Shown: positions 17,863 through 27,585 of the stretch, in pieces
Layout of the letters: each line of letters begins with the position of its first letter
Position numbering within the stretch: the stretch's first letter is position 1
Assembly (NCBI GenBank): GCA_964453085.1
Contig: CAYVQQ010000004.1
Location: 1 to 32,516, forward strand
Direction of reading: 5' to 3'
Origin: an uncultured Mycobacterium sp.
Lineage (GTDB): Bacteria > Actinomycetota > Actinomycetes > Mycobacteriales > Mycobacteriaceae
Length of the DNA stretch: 32,516 nt
Translations under genes and position numbers: made by a program
Notes under the pieces: generated by a model
What the model was told of the DNA's origin: nothing
Database searches by the model: none
Seen by the model: only the letters and a program-made list of their open reading frames with translations

Positions 17863-18237
17863 ATGCGGCAGGCAGACAAGCGGTCCCCGCAGAACCTGGG
17901 ACACGACGACGGTGAGATGCAGGCGGCCATCCGCTTCGCGGTTTTGGCGGCGGTCGCCGGGGTGGGCTTCCAGGTGATGGCGGCACTGTGGGTCAGCACC
18001 TGCCCGGGTGGCGGTGTCGACACGGTGGCCTGCGGCACGCCGCAGCGCACGCTGCTGGCGTTCGGGGGTCCGCTTATCCTGCTGGCCTGTGGGCTGTGGG
18101 CGTTCCTGCGCACGTACCGCGTGTGGCGCCACGAGGGCACCTGGTGGGGATGGCACGGAGCGGGCTGGTTCCTGCTGACGCTGATGGCGGCGACGGTGTC
18201 GCTGGGGGTCTCGCCGATAGCCGGCCTCATGCGCTGA
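17863..18237 (+). CDS. Small membrane protein (Rv3289c-like)
   Basis: Three hydrophobic helices, a Cys pair and RTYRVWR.EGTWWGWHGAGWFLL, matching recalled Rv3289c. Located upstream of usfX-sigF. Confidence 0.85.
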   Translation: MRQADKRSPQNLGHDDGEMQAAIRFAVLAAVAGVGFQVMAALWVSTCPGGGVDTVACGTPQRTLLAFGGPLILLACGLWAFLRTYRVWRHEGTWWGWHGAGWFLLTLMAATVSLGVSPIAGLMR

Positions 18238-18274
18238 CTCCCGCCGAACAGTGCACACAGAGCCGGCCTCCCGG

Positions 18275-18300
18275 GTTTTCTCGCGTCGTCGGACGGGTAT
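18275..18300 (+). promoter_or_regulatory. SigF-type promoter upstream of the usfX-sigF operon
   Basis: GTTT-N16-GGGTAT, exact consensus. Confidence 0.8.
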
Positions 18301-18313
18301 CAGGACTTGGACC

Positions 18314-18397
18314 ATGACCAGTTGCCGCAACGATTCCACCGAACGGCACACCACAACAGCCCACCGCGATATGCCGCGGTGGGCGCGCCCCGGGTGA
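18314..18397 (+). pseudogene. 27-codon ORF, possible 5' remnant of usfY
   Basis: Occupies the usfY position, directly after a SigF promoter. MTSCRNDSTERHTTT keeps the M-x5-D-x6-TT register of the recalled UsfY N-terminus (MGDTYRDPVDHLRTT). Confidence 0.35.
18359..18384. terminator. GC-rich hairpin (10-bp perfect stem, 6-nt loop)
   Basis: gcccaccgcg-atatgc-cgcggtgggc, with no U-tract. Confidence 0.45.
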
Positions 18398-18512
18398 TTC
18401 GATTCCGGCGATTTCGGGGGTACCCGGCGGCGACAGGGACCCGCTTGAACATAGGGAACCAGGGGGCTGCAGAGTAGTTGGTAACGTCAGTCGAACAACG
18501 CCGGGAGACCAG

Positions 18513-18950
18513 ATGAACGATGCGGGACCGCGCGTCAACGCGCGCAACCGCGGCCACCGCGCCGTCGAATTGCACGTCGCAGCACGCCTGGAGAACCTGG
18601 CGATGCTGCGCACGCTGGTCGGCGCGGTCGGCACCTTCGCAGACTTGGACTTCGACGCCGTGGCGGACCTGCGGCTCGCGGTGGACGAGGTGTGCACGCG
18701 GTTGATCCGTTCGGCCACACCGGACGCGACGCTCGTCGTCGTGGTGGACCCGCGGGACGACGCACTGGTCGTGGAGGCCTCCACGGCGTGCGAGACTCAC
18801 GACGTGGTGGCTCCCGGCAGCTTCAGCTGGCACGTGCTGACGTCGTTGGCCGACGATGTGCAGACCTTCCACGACGGCCGCGAGTCCGACGGATCCGGCC
18901 GTGTCTTCGGGATCACACTGACGGCCCGGAGGGCGGCCTCCAACAGGTGA
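18513..18950 (+). CDS. rsbW: Anti-sigma-F factor UsfX/RsbW
   Basis: VELHVAARLENLAMLRTLV and DLRLAVDEVCT (HATPase-like). Overlaps the sigF start (GTGA). Confidence 0.94.
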   Translation: MNDAGPRVNARNRGHRAVELHVAARLENLAMLRTLVGAVGTFADLDFDAVADLRLAVDEVCTRLIRSATPDATLVVVVDPRDDALVVEASTACETHDVVAPGSFSWHVLTSLADDVQTFHDGRESDGSGRVFGITLTARRAASNR

Positions 18951-19735
18951 CGGCGCGATATGCCGGCGGTTCGGCTTCGCGCGCAAACGAATACGCCGAC
19001 GTGCCAGGGATGTTCCGCGAGCTGGCGGCCTTTCCCGCCGACTCGAGGGATTTCCAGCGCCACCGGGACAAGATCATCGAGCGTTGCCTGCCCCTGGCCG
19101 ACCACATCGCCCGGCGGTTCGAGGGCCGGGGCGAGCCCCGCGACGACCTGGTCCAGGTGGCGCGCGTCGGCCTGGTCAGCGCGGTGGTCCGTTTCGACGT
19201 CGGGACCGGTTCGGACTTCGTGTCGTTCGCGGTCCCCACGATCATGGGCGAGGTGCGGCGTCACTTCCGCGACAACAGCTGGTCGGTGAAGGTCCCGCGG
19301 CGGCTCAAGGAACTGCACTTGCGGATCGGCGGCGCCAACGCGGATCTGTCGCAGCGGCTGGGGCGGGCCCCCACCGCCACCGAGCTGGCCGAGGAACTCG
19401 GGATGGAACGCGAGGAGGTCATCGAGGGCCTGGTGGCGGGCAGCTCCTACAACACCTTGTCCATCGACACCGGTGGCGGCGGCGAGGATGACGAAGCCCG
19501 CGCCATCGCCGACGTCCTGGGCGACGTGGACGCCGGCCTGGACCGCATCGAGGACCGGGAGGCGCTGCGCCCGCTGCTCGAGGCGCTACCCGAGCGCGAG
19601 CGCATGGTGCTGGTGCTCAGGTTCTTCGAGTCGCTGACGCAGACACAGATTGCCGAGCGGGTCGGGATATCGCAGATGCACGTGTCCCGGTTGCTGGCCA
19701 AGTCGCTGGCGCGGCTGCGGGACAAGCTGGAGTGA
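18947..19735 (+). CDS. sigF: RNA polymerase sigma factor SigF
   Basis: DDLVQVARVGL, FAVPTIMGEVRRHFRD and TQTQIAERVGISQMHVSRLL. Confidence 0.97.
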   Translation: MTARYAGGSASRANEYADVPGMFRELAAFPADSRDFQRHRDKIIERCLPLADHIARRFEGRGEPRDDLVQVARVGLVSAVVRFDVGTGSDFVSFAVPTIMGEVRRHFRDNSWSVKVPRRLKELHLRIGGANADLSQRLGRAPTATELAEELGMEREEVIEGLVAGSSYNTLSIDTGGGGEDDEARAIADVLGDVDAGLDRIEDREALRPLLEALPERERMVLVLRFFESLTQTQIAERVGISQMHVSRLLAKSLARLRDKLE

Positions 19736-19761
19736 CCGGCGCGCGTCCTGCCGACCCCGGA

Positions 19762-21564
19762 TCACTTGATCTCGGCGAGCACCGTGCCCTGCGTGACGGA
19801 CGCACCCGCCTCGACGGCGAGCCCGGTGATGACGCCGTCCTTGTGCGCGGTGACCGGGTTCTCCATCTTCATCGCCTCAAGGACGACCACCAAATCGCCG
19901 ACCGTGACCTCCTGGCCGTCCTCGACCGCGACCTTGACCACGGTGCCCTGCATCGGGGCGGTCACCGCGTCACCGGAGGCCGTCACACCCGCGTGCGCCC
20001 CGCGTTTGCGGGGCTTGGGCTTCTTACGCACGACACCGGCCGGGTCGGCGGCGCCGCCGGAGAACGCCAGGTCACCGGGGAGTGAAACCTCCAGGCGGCG
20101 GCCGTCGACTTCGACGACGACCGTCTGCCGCGGCCGGATGTCCTCGTCATCGAGCGGATCGCCGGCGGTGAAGGGCTCGACGGTGTTGTTCCACTCGGTC
20201 TCGATCCAGCGGGTGTGCACCGAGAAGCCGGGCACGTCACCGTCGTCGCCGACGAACGCCGGGTCGGACACCACGGCGCGGTGGAACGGGATCACGGTGG
20301 CCAGGCCCTCGACGTGGAACTCGTCGAGCGCCCGCCGGGCGCGCTCCAGGGCCTCGGTGCGGGTGGCGCCGTGCACGATCAGCTTCGCCAGCATCGAGTC
20401 GAAGTGCCCGCTGATCACCGAGCCGGTCTCCACTCCGGAGTCCAGCCGCACCCCGGCGCCCGCGGGCGGGTCGAACCGGGTGACCGGCCCGGGCGCGGGC
20501 AGGAAGCCGCGGCCGACGTCCTCGCCGTTGATCCGGAACTCGAAGGCGTGGCCGCGTGGCGCCGGGTCCTCGGTCAGGTCCAGGCGCTCGCCGTTGGCGA
20601 TGCGGAACTGCTCGCGCACCAGGTCGATGCCCGCGGTCTCCTCGGTGACCGGGTGCTCGACCTGCAGGCGGGTGTTGACCTCCAAGAACGAGATCAGCCC
20701 GTCCCGGCCGACCAGGTACTCGACGGTACCCGCGCCGTAGTAGTGGGCCTCCTTGCAGATCCGCTTGGCAGACTCGTGGATCTCCTTGCGTTGCGCATCG
20801 GTCAAAAACGGTGCCGGGGCCTCCTCGACGAGCTTCTGGAAGCGGCGCTGCAGCGAGCAGTCGCGGGTTCCCGCAACGACGACGTTGCCGTACTGGTCGG
20901 CGATCACCTGGGCCTCGACGTGGCGGGGTTTGTCCAGGTAGCGCTCGACGAAGCACTCGCCGCGGCCGAACGCGGCCGTGGCCTCGCGGACCGCCGACTC
21001 GTACAGGTCGGGGATCTCCTCGAGGGTATGGGCGACCTTCATGCCTTTGCCGCCGCCGCCGAAGGCGGCCTTGATCGCGATCGGCACGCCGTACTCGCGG
21101 GCGAAGGCCACCACTTCGTCGGCGTCCTTGACCGGGTCGGGAGTGCCGGGCACCAGCGGGGCCTGGGCGCGCGCGGCGATGTGGCGGGCAGTGACCTTGT
21201 CGCCGAGGTCGCGGATCGACTGCGGGCTGGGCCCGATCCAGATCAGGCCGGCGTCGATCACCGCCTGGGCAAAATCGGCGTTCTCCGCCAGGAAGCCGTA
21301 GCCGGGGTGGATGGCGTTGGCGCCGGACTTGGCCGCCGCGTCGAGGATCTTGCCGAAGTCCAGGTAGGACTCCGCGGACGTCTGGCCGCCGAGGGCGAAC
21401 GCCTCGTCAGCCAGCCGCACGTGCGGTGCGTCCGCGTCGGGCTCGGCGTACACCGCCACGCTCGGCAGCCCGGCGTCGCGGGCCGCCCGGATCACCCGGA
21501 CGGCGATCTCGCCGCGGTTGGCGACGAGCACCTTGGAGATCCTCGAGTTGGCGTGACTAGCCAC
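19762..21564 (-). CDS. accA3: Acetyl/propionyl-CoA carboxylase alpha subunit (biotin carboxylase + BCCP)
   Basis: [38 protein letters not shown] and biotinylation motif EAMKM. RBS AGGAGG. Confidence 0.97.
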   Translation of the reverse strand: MASHANSRISKVLVANRGEIAVRVIRAARDAGLPSVAVYAEPDADAPHVRLADEAFALGGQTSAESYLDFGKILDAAAKSGANAIHPGYGFLAENADFAQAVIDAGLIWIGPSPQSIRDLGDKVTARHIAARAQAPLVPGTPDPVKDADEVVAFAREYGVPIAIKAAFGGGGKGMKVAHTLEEIPDLYESAVREATAAFGRGECFVERYLDKPRHVEAQVIADQYGNVVVAGTRDCSLQRRFQKLVEEAPAPFLTDAQRKEIHESAKRICKEAHYYGAGTVEYLVGRDGLISFLEVNTRLQVEHPVTEETAGIDLVREQFRIANGERLDLTEDPAPRGHAFEFRINGEDVGRGFLPAPGPVTRFDPPAGAGVRLDSGVETGSVISGHFDSMLAKLIVHGATRTEALERARRALDEFHVEGLATVIPFHRAVVSDPAFVGDDGDVPGFSVHTRWIETEWNNTVEPFTAGDPLDDEDIRPRQTVVVEVDGRRLEVSLPGDLAFSGGAADPAGVVRKKPKPRKRGAHAGVTASGDAVTAPMQGTVVKVAVEDGQEVTVGDLVVVLEAMKMENPVTAHKDGVITGLAVEAGASVTQGTVLAEIK

Positions 21565-21605
21565 TGCGCCTCCTGTTCGGCAAATCTGCAGACTTGCTGC
21601 GACTT

Positions 21606-21638
21606 TAAGAGAGTTTCTTACTCTGCTCGGGAAGTCTA
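21606..21638 (-). promoter_or_regulatory. Candidate accA3 promoter (-10 TAGACT) followed by an AT-rich palindrome
   Basis: Minus-strand TAGACT at 21633-21638, and TAAGA-N5-TCTTA at 21606-21620. Confidence 0.45.
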
Positions 21639-21683
21639 AGCGGCACGCCGTCGGCGCGATCAGGCGGTGCCGCAATTCACGGC

Positions 21684-21922
21684 TTACCGGGACGTTTCGC
21701 GCAGCCGCCGCTCGATCCGGGCCACTGTCGCCGACATGCCGCGCTGCCGCAGCGGGCTGACCAGGACTGCCGGGCCCAGGCCGGCGTAGAAGTCCTCGGG
21801 CACCAGGATGTCGGTGGCGGGCTGCCCGTCGAGGCCGGCGGCAGGCTCGAGGCGAAGGGCACTCGGAGGACCGGTCCCGTCACCGCCTCGGCCAGCTCGG
21901 CGAGCGGCGCGGGCTGGCTCAT
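21684..21922 (-). pseudogene. sufE: SufE-family (Rv3284-like) pseudogene with internal deletion and frameshift
   Basis: The start MSQPAPLAE overlaps the sseA stop (ATGA). The C-terminal [23 protein letters not shown]...[19 protein letters not shown] is in another frame. The span is 239 nt (not a multiple of 3) and the catalytic Cys segment is absent. Confidence 0.85.
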
Positions 21923-22824
21923 CGGGCCGCCGGGGCCCCCGGCGCCTGTCCCGGCTCGGGGCCCGCCACGATGGGGACGCGCACGGCATTGCCCCACTCG
22001 GTCCACGACCCGTCGTAGTTGCGCACCCCGGGCTTGCCCAGCAGATGCGTGAGCACGAACCAGGTGTGGCTGGACCGCTCACCGATGCGGCAGTAGACGA
22101 CGGTCTTGTCGTCGGGACCGAGGAAGCCGTAGAGCTCCTCGAGCTCCTCGCGGCGCCGGAAGCGCCCGCTGGCGTCGACGGCGTTGCTCCACGGAATCGA
22201 CCGGGCGGTGGGGATATGGCCGGCCCGTAGCACCCCCTCCTCGGGGTAGTCGGGCATGTGGGTGCGCTCGCCGGTGTACTCCTGCGGGGAGCGGACGTCG
22301 ATCAGCGGCTCGGCGCCCAGCGCGGCCAGCACGTCGTCTTTGTAGGCGCGGATGGGTTCGTCGTTGCGCTGCACGACGGGATAGCCAGTGGAGGTCCTGG
22401 TCGGGACGTCGAGGCTGGTCTCCCGCCGGTCGGAGAGCCACAGGTTGCGGCCGCCGTTGAGCAGCCGCACGTCGGGGTGGCCGAACAGCGTGAAGACCCA
22501 CAGCGCGTAGGCCGCCCACCAGTTGCTCTTGTCGCCGTAGAGCACCACGGTGTCGTCGCGGGCGATGCCCTTGCGGTCCATCAGTTCGGCGAACTGCTCG
22601 CCGGTGACGTAGTCGCGCACGGGTGCGTCGTTGAGGTCGGTGTACCAGTCGATCTTGACCGCGCCGGGGATGTGGCCGACGTCGTAGAGCAGGACGTCCT
22701 CGTCGGATTCGACGATCGCCAGGCCGGGCGTGCCCAGGTTCGCGGACAGCCAGTCGGCGGTGACCAGGCGTTCGGGGTGGGCGTAGGCCGCGAGCGTGGG
22801 GCTGGGGTCGGGCGGGAGCGACAC
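21919..22824 (-). CDS. sseA: Thiosulfate sulfurtransferase (rhodanese) SseA
   Basis: [15 protein letters not shown], active-site YCRIGERS and [12 protein letters not shown] is preceded by TAGCCT-N7; an alternative ATG is at 22842. Confidence 0.95.
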   Translation of the reverse strand: MSLPPDPSPTLAAYAHPERLVTADWLSANLGTPGLAIVESDEDVLLYDVGHIPGAVKIDWYTDLNDAPVRDYVTGEQFAELMDRKGIARDDTVVLYGDKSNWWAAYALWVFTLFGHPDVRLLNGGRNLWLSDRRETSLDVPTRTSTGYPVVQRNDEPIRAYKDDVLAALGAEPLIDVRSPQEYTGERTHMPDYPEEGVLRAGHIPTARSIPWSNAVDASGRFRRREELEELYGFLGPDDKTVVYCRIGERSSHTWFVLTHLLGKPGVRNYDGSWTEWGNAVRVPIVAGPEPGQAPGAPAAR

Positions 22825-22838
22825 ACCAGAAAGGCTAC

Positions 22839-23507
22839 TCATCCGCGGTGTTCGCGGGCCCGTGCCTCGGCCGGCGGATTGGCCGCCCACACCGCGGCGA
22901 CTGACAGCCCCGCGCGGCCCAACAGCGACCGGGTCAGCGGCAGCCCGATGCCCACCACGGCCGAGGGGTCGCCGTCGACGCCGTCGATGAACCACCCGCC
23001 CAGGCCGTCGAGGGTGAACCCCCCTGCCACGCGCAAGGATTCACCGGAGGACAGGTACGCCTCGAGGTCAGCGGTCGACGGCGTACCGAAACGCACTGTT
23101 GTGACCGAGTTTTCGGACGTTTCGCAAATAACTTTGTTGTCCAGCACGCGGATCAGGGCGTGCCCGGTGTGGAGCTGACCGGCACGGCCCGCCATGGCCC
23201 GCCACAGGTCGCGCGCGTCGGCCGTCGATTGCGGCTTGCCGCGGAGCCGGCCATCCAGGTAGAACATCGAATCGCAGCCGATGACAACGCAATCGGCGGC
23301 GATTTCGGGCTCGAGTTCGCCGGCCACCCATTCGGCCTTGGCGCGGGCCAGCGCGCACACCACCTCCCCGGGCGGCGCTTCCGGGCCGAGGCCGGCGATG
23401 ATCGCGTCTTCGTCGACCCCCGACACCCTGACCAGCGGCTCGACACCGGCCCGGCGCAGCACCTCGAGCCGGCCCTTTGACGCCGACCCGAGCACCAGGC
23501 GGGTCAC
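22839..23507 (-). CDS. maf: Maf-family nucleoside triphosphate pyrophosphatase
   Basis: [28 protein letters not shown] and VVGIGLP. Confidence 0.93.
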   Translation of the reverse strand: MTRLVLGSASKGRLEVLRRAGVEPLVRVSGVDEDAIIAGLGPEAPPGEVVCALARAKAEWVAGELEPEIAADCVVIGCDSMFYLDGRLRGKPQSTADARDLWRAMAGRAGQLHTGHALIRVLDNKVICETSENSVTTVRFGTPSTADLEAYLSSGESLRVAGGFTLDGLGGWFIDGVDGDPSAVVGIGLPLTRSLLGRAGLSVAAVWAANPPAEARAREHRG

Positions 23508-23755
23508 CGCTGCATGCGCTGCATATGGAGTTTCTGCTGCAGGGTAAGGCGCTGGAAGTTCGTCATCGCGTAGCGCAGGTTGTCGACCGGCAGGCCCCAG
23601 CGGGTGCGCTCGGGGGCCGGCGGCCGGGGCGCGGCGCCGGTGCTGCCGAGCACGGCGACCAGTGCGGCCAGCTCCGCGGCGGTGGGCTTGCCCCGCAGGA
23701 TCTGGATGTGCGGTTCGTGCGGCCGCGGGCTGTCGGCGCTCGTCGTGGCTGTCAC
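23504..23755 (-). CDS. accE5: Acyl-CoA carboxylase epsilon subunit
   Basis: [20 protein letters not shown] and WGLP motifs. Overlaps accD5 and maf by 4 nt each. Confidence 0.88.
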   Translation of the reverse strand: MTATTSADSPRPHEPHIQILRGKPTAAELAALVAVLGSTGAAPRPPAPERTRWGLPVDNLRYAMTNFQRLTLQQKLHMQRMQR

Positions 23756-25401
23756 AGCGGAATGTTCCCGTGCTTCTTGGGGGGCAGATGAGAGATCTTG
23801 CGTTCCAGCAGCCGCAGCGCCGTGCCGATGTAGCCGCGGGTGTGCGACGGCGGGATCACCGCGTCGACGTAGCCCCGCTCGGCGGCGATGTAGGGGTTGA
23901 CGAGTGTGTCCTCGTATTCCTGCTGCAGCTTCAGGCGAAGCTCGTCGATGTCCTTGCCCTCCTTGGCGGCCTCCTTGAACTGCTGCCGGTAGACGAAGCC
24001 CACGGCGCCGGAGGCGCCCATGACGGCGATCTGGGCGGTGGGCCAGGCGATGTTGACATCGCAGCCCATGTCCTTGGAGCCCATCACGCAGTACGCGCCG
24101 CCGTAAGCCTTGCGGGTGATGACGGTGATCTTGGGCACGGTGGCCTCGCCGTAGGCGAAGAGCAGCTTGGCGCCGCGCCGGATGATGCCGTTGTACTCCT
24201 GACCGGTGCCGGGCAGGAAGCCGGGAACGTCGACGAGCATGACGATCGGGATGTTGAAGCAGTCGCAGGTCCGCACGAAGCGGGCGGCCTTCTCCGAGGC
24301 GTTGATGTCCAGGCAGCCGGCGAACTGGGTGGGCTGGTTGGCGACGATGCCCACCGGACGGCCGTCGATGCGCCCGAACCCGACGACGATGTTCTGCGCG
24401 TAGCCGCTCTGCACCTCGAGGAACTCGTCCTCGTCGAGGATCCGGGTGATCACCTCGTGCATGTCGTAGGGCTGGTTCGGCGAGTCCGGGATCAGCGTGT
24501 CCAGCTCGATGTCCTCGGCGGTCAGGTTGTCCTCGATCGCGCCCTCGGGCACCGGCCCGGCGTAGCGGGGTGCGTCGGTGGCGTTGTTGGGCGGCAGGTA
24601 GCCCAGCAGCTCGCGCACCCAGTCGAAGGCGTCCTGCTCACCCGACGCCACGTAGTGCGCGGTGCCCGACTTGGTCATGTGGGTGTGGGCGCCGCCGAGC
24701 TCCTCCATGGTGACGTCCTCGCCGGTGACGGTCTTGATGACGTCCGGCCCGGTGATGAACATCTGACTGGTCTGGTCGACCATCACGATGAAGTCGGTCA
24801 GCGCGGGGGAATAGACGTGCCCACCGGCGGCCGCGCCCATGATCAGCGAGATCTGCGGGATGACTCCCGAGGCAAGGATGTTGTTGCGGAAGATCCGGCT
24901 GTACAGGCCCAGCGAGACGACACCCTCCTGGATGCGCGCCCCGGCGCCGTCGTTGATGCCGATGAGCGGACGGCCGGTCTTGATCGCCAGCTCCTGGACC
25001 TTGACGATCTTCTCGCCGTACACCTCGCCGAGGCTGCCGCCGAACACGGTGGCGTCCTGGCTGAAGACGCAGACGTCACGGCCGTCGATGGTCCCGTAGC
25101 CGGTGACCACCCCGTCGCCCAGGGGGCGGTTGTTCTCCAGCCCGAAGTTCTTGCTGCGGTGCCGGGCCAGGGCGTCGAGTTCGACGAAGGAATCCTCGTC
25201 CAGCAGGGCGTAGATGCGCTCCCGGGCGGTCAGCTTGCCCTTGGCGTGCACAATCTCTACGGCTGCCTCGCCGACCGGGTGCAGCGATTCTTCCCGGCGC
25301 TTGCGCAGCTCGGCCAGCTTGCCCGCCGTGGTGTGGATGTCGACGACGTGCTCGCTCGCAGGTTCCGCGGAGTGAGCCGACCGGTCGGTGACGCTTGTCA
25401 T
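23752..25401 (-). CDS. accD5: Propionyl/acyl-CoA carboxylase beta (carboxyltransferase) subunit
   Basis: [35 protein letters not shown] and KKHGNIPL. Confidence 0.97.
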   Translation of the reverse strand: MTSVTDRSAHSAEPASEHVVDIHTTAGKLAELRKRREESLHPVGEAAVEIVHAKGKLTARERIYALLDEDSFVELDALARHRSKNFGLENNRPLGDGVVTGYGTIDGRDVCVFSQDATVFGGSLGEVYGEKIVKVQELAIKTGRPLIGINDGAGARIQEGVVSLGLYSRIFRNNILASGVIPQISLIMGAAAGGHVYSPALTDFIVMVDQTSQMFITGPDVIKTVTGEDVTMEELGGAHTHMTKSGTAHYVASGEQDAFDWVRELLGYLPPNNATDAPRYAGPVPEGAIEDNLTAEDIELDTLIPDSPNQPYDMHEVITRILDEDEFLEVQSGYAQNIVVGFGRIDGRPVGIVANQPTQFAGCLDINASEKAARFVRTCDCFNIPIVMLVDVPGFLPGTGQEYNGIIRRGAKLLFAYGEATVPKITVITRKAYGGAYCVMGSKDMGCDVNIAWPTAQIAVMGASGAVGFVYRQQFKEAAKEGKDIDELRLKLQQEYEDTLVNPYIAAERGYVDAVIPPSHTRGYIGTALRLLERKISHLPPKKHGNIPL

Positions 25402-25451
25402 GACAGTCGATGTTATCGGCAGACGCTCCAACTCCGCTTAGGCTGGGCCGG

Positions 25452-26282
25452 GTGAGCGACCGGGCCCTCCCGCTGGACCTGCCTTCGCAGCCGTTGAACG
25501 AGGCCGCGCTGCGGGCGGCGTTGGTCGGCGCCGGCCTGGGCTGGAGCCGGCTGGACGTCGTCGAGCGGACCGGCTCGACGAACGCGGACCTGCTGGCGCG
25601 CGCGGCGTCCGGCGCCGACGTGGCCGGGGCCGTGCTGCTCGCCGAGCATCAGACCGCCGGGCGAGGACGGCACGGCCGCAGGTGGTCGGCCGGCCCGCGG
25701 ACCCAGATCACGATGTCGGTCGGTGTCGGCGTCGCCGACGTTCCTGCCGCAGCCTGGGGCTGGTTGTCCCTGGCGGCCGGGGTGGCGGTCGTCGACGCGG
25801 TGGCGCCGTTGCTCACGGGGACCGGAATTCGGGCCGGCCTGAAGTGGCCCAACGACGTGCTGGCGGGCCCGCCGGGGTCGTGCGGCAAGCTGGCGGGAGT
25901 GCTCGCCGAGGTGGCGTGCCCGGCGGTGGTGATCGGCGTGGGGCTCAACGTCACCCGCCCGCCCGACGAGGTGGAGGGCGCCACCTCGCTGCGCGACCTC
26001 GGGGTGGCCGCGCCCGACCGCGGCGAGGTGGCGCGCGCGCTGCTGGCCGAACTGGGCAGGCGGATCGTTGCGTGGCGGGCCGTACGCGGGGCCGACCGGG
26101 CGCTGGCCGCCGCCTACCGCGCGCACAGCCTGACGATCGGCACCCGCGTGCGCGCGCACCTGCCGGGCGGCGGCGAGTTGGTCGGCACCGCCACCGGCGT
26201 CGACGACCACGGCCGGCTGTGCCTGCAGACCGGACACGAGACGGCCGTGATCTCGGCCGGCGACGTGGTGCATCTACGGTAG
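25452..26282 (+). CDS. birA: Biotin--[acetyl-CoA-carboxylase] ligase (no N-terminal HTH)
   Basis: GSTN, QTAGRGRHGR, LKWPND, GKLAGVL and SAGDVVHLR. Leaderless TAGGCT-N7-GTG. Confidence 0.94.
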   Translation: MSDRALPLDLPSQPLNEAALRAALVGAGLGWSRLDVVERTGSTNADLLARAASGADVAGAVLLAEHQTAGRGRHGRRWSAGPRTQITMSVGVGVADVPAAAWGWLSLAAGVAVVDAVAPLLTGTGIRAGLKWPNDVLAGPPGSCGKLAGVLAEVACPAVVIGVGLNVTRPPDEVEGATSLRDLGVAAPDRGEVARALLAELGRRIVAWRAVRGADRALAAAYRAHSLTIGTRVRAHLPGGGELVGTATGVDDHGRLCLQTGHETAVISAGDVVHLR

Positions 26283-26303
26283 CGTCGCCGCTACTCTCGC
26301 GAC

Positions 26304-26834
26304 ATGCGCTATCCCGACAATGCCTTGGTCGCCGGCGAGCAGGTGGTGGTGCACCACCATCCGCATTGGAAGCGGCTGGTCTGGCCCGCCGTGGTGTTCG
26401 TCACCGCGACCGGGCTGGCGGCGTTCGGCTCGGGCTATCTCAACGCGACGCACTGGGACCAACTCACCAAGAACGTCATGCACGGCGTCATCTGGGGGAT
26501 CTGGCTGGTGGTCGTCGGATGGTTGGCGTTGTGGCCGTTCTTGGACTGGTTGACCACGCATTTCGTCGTCACCACCCGGCGGGTGATGTACCGGCACGGG
26601 GTGCTCACCCGGACCGGGTTCGACATGCCGCTGGCGCGGATCAACAGCGTCGAGTTCCGGGACCGGATCTTCGAACGGATCTTTGGCTGCGGGACGCTGA
26701 TCATCGAGTCGGCGTCACAAGACCCGTTGGAGTTCCCCGACATTCCGCGGCTGCGTGAGGTGCACGCGCTGCTCTATCACGAAGTCTTCGACACCCTCGG
26801 TTCCGAGCCGGGGTCCGGGGAGTCGCCGAGCTGA
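26304..26834 (+). CDS. Bacterial PH-domain (bPH_2) membrane protein (Rv3278c-like)
   Basis: Two TM helices, then TTHFVVTTRRV...G...RINSV...GCGTLIIES. TACTCT-N6-ATG. Confidence 0.88.
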   Translation: MRYPDNALVAGEQVVVHHHPHWKRLVWPAVVFVTATGLAAFGSGYLNATHWDQLTKNVMHGVIWGIWLVVVGWLALWPFLDWLTTHFVVTTRRVMYRHGVLTRTGFDMPLARINSVEFRDRIFERIFGCGTLIIESASQDPLEFPDIPRLREVHALLYHEVFDTLGSEPGSGESPS

Positions 26835-27490
26835 CCCGAGCGGCTCGCCTTGCGGCTGCGCCAGCCGGGCAGCAGGGTCACGTTCCCCAGATGAGGCCCC
26901 AGGTTCAGGCCGTCCTCGATGGTGTCCTCGAAGACCTCGGCGATCCCGCCCGCGGTGAGGGTCGATTCCAGCGCCTTCTCTTCCAGCGCCGTGCCGGGGT
27001 TGCGCGCGAACGCGTCGGGGAACACCCAGCGCCGGAACGCCCAGAACCGGAAGGCCATCTGCAGCAGGTTGCCGATGATGTAGGCCGAGACGAAGTCGGC
27101 GATGTTCTCCACCGTCAGCGACACCATCGGCACCCGCAGCTGCAGCACGTAGCTGGAGAACCACAGCGGCGCCATGCTCAACAGCACTCCGACACCGCTG
27201 AAGGCGAAGAACAGCAGCGCCTCGTGGTGGCGTTCGCGGCCGCCGCGGTCGCGGAAGCTCCACTCCCGGTTCAGCACGTAGGACGCGATGACCGCGACGA
27301 TGCCGGCGATCACCTTCGCGGTGACCGGCTTGGTCTCCAGAATCGTCAGCTTCAGGGTGTAGAAAATGGCGGAGTCGATGACGAACGTGGTGCCGCCGAC
27401 GATCGCGAACTTGATGAGTTCGTGGTGGCGCTGCGCGAAGGGCTGAAAGGCCTCGGGCAAACGCGCCATTGTGGCATCGGCGAAGGGCAC
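26777..27490 (-). CDS. GtrA-family membrane protein (Rv3277-like)
   Basis: LIKFAIVGG, SYVLNREWSF and FRFWAFRRWVF, with four TM helices. Confidence 0.9.
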   Translation of the reverse strand: MPFADATMARLPEAFQPFAQRHHELIKFAIVGGTTFVIDSAIFYTLKLTILETKPVTAKVIAGIVAVIASYVLNREWSFRDRGGRERHHEALLFFAFSGVGVLLSMAPLWFSSYVLQLRVPMVSLTVENIADFVSAYIIGNLLQMAFRFWAFRRWVFPDAFARNPGTALEEKALESTLTAGGIAEVFEDTIEDGLNLGPHLGNVTLLPGWRSRKASRSGQLGDSPDPGSEPRVSKTS

Positions 27491-27585
27491 AACACGTGAG
27501 TGTACGGACGGACGCAAATGCCGCGCAAAAACCGTTCGTGACAACCGCGGCCTCACCGCCGGTCACCGGCCGGCCGCATGACACC

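Noticed and set aside
18396-18423. Third SigF promoter (GGGTAC at 18418-18423) before usfX
   Set aside because: There is no GTTT at 15-17 nt spacing; the nearest GATT boxes are 13 and 18 nt away.
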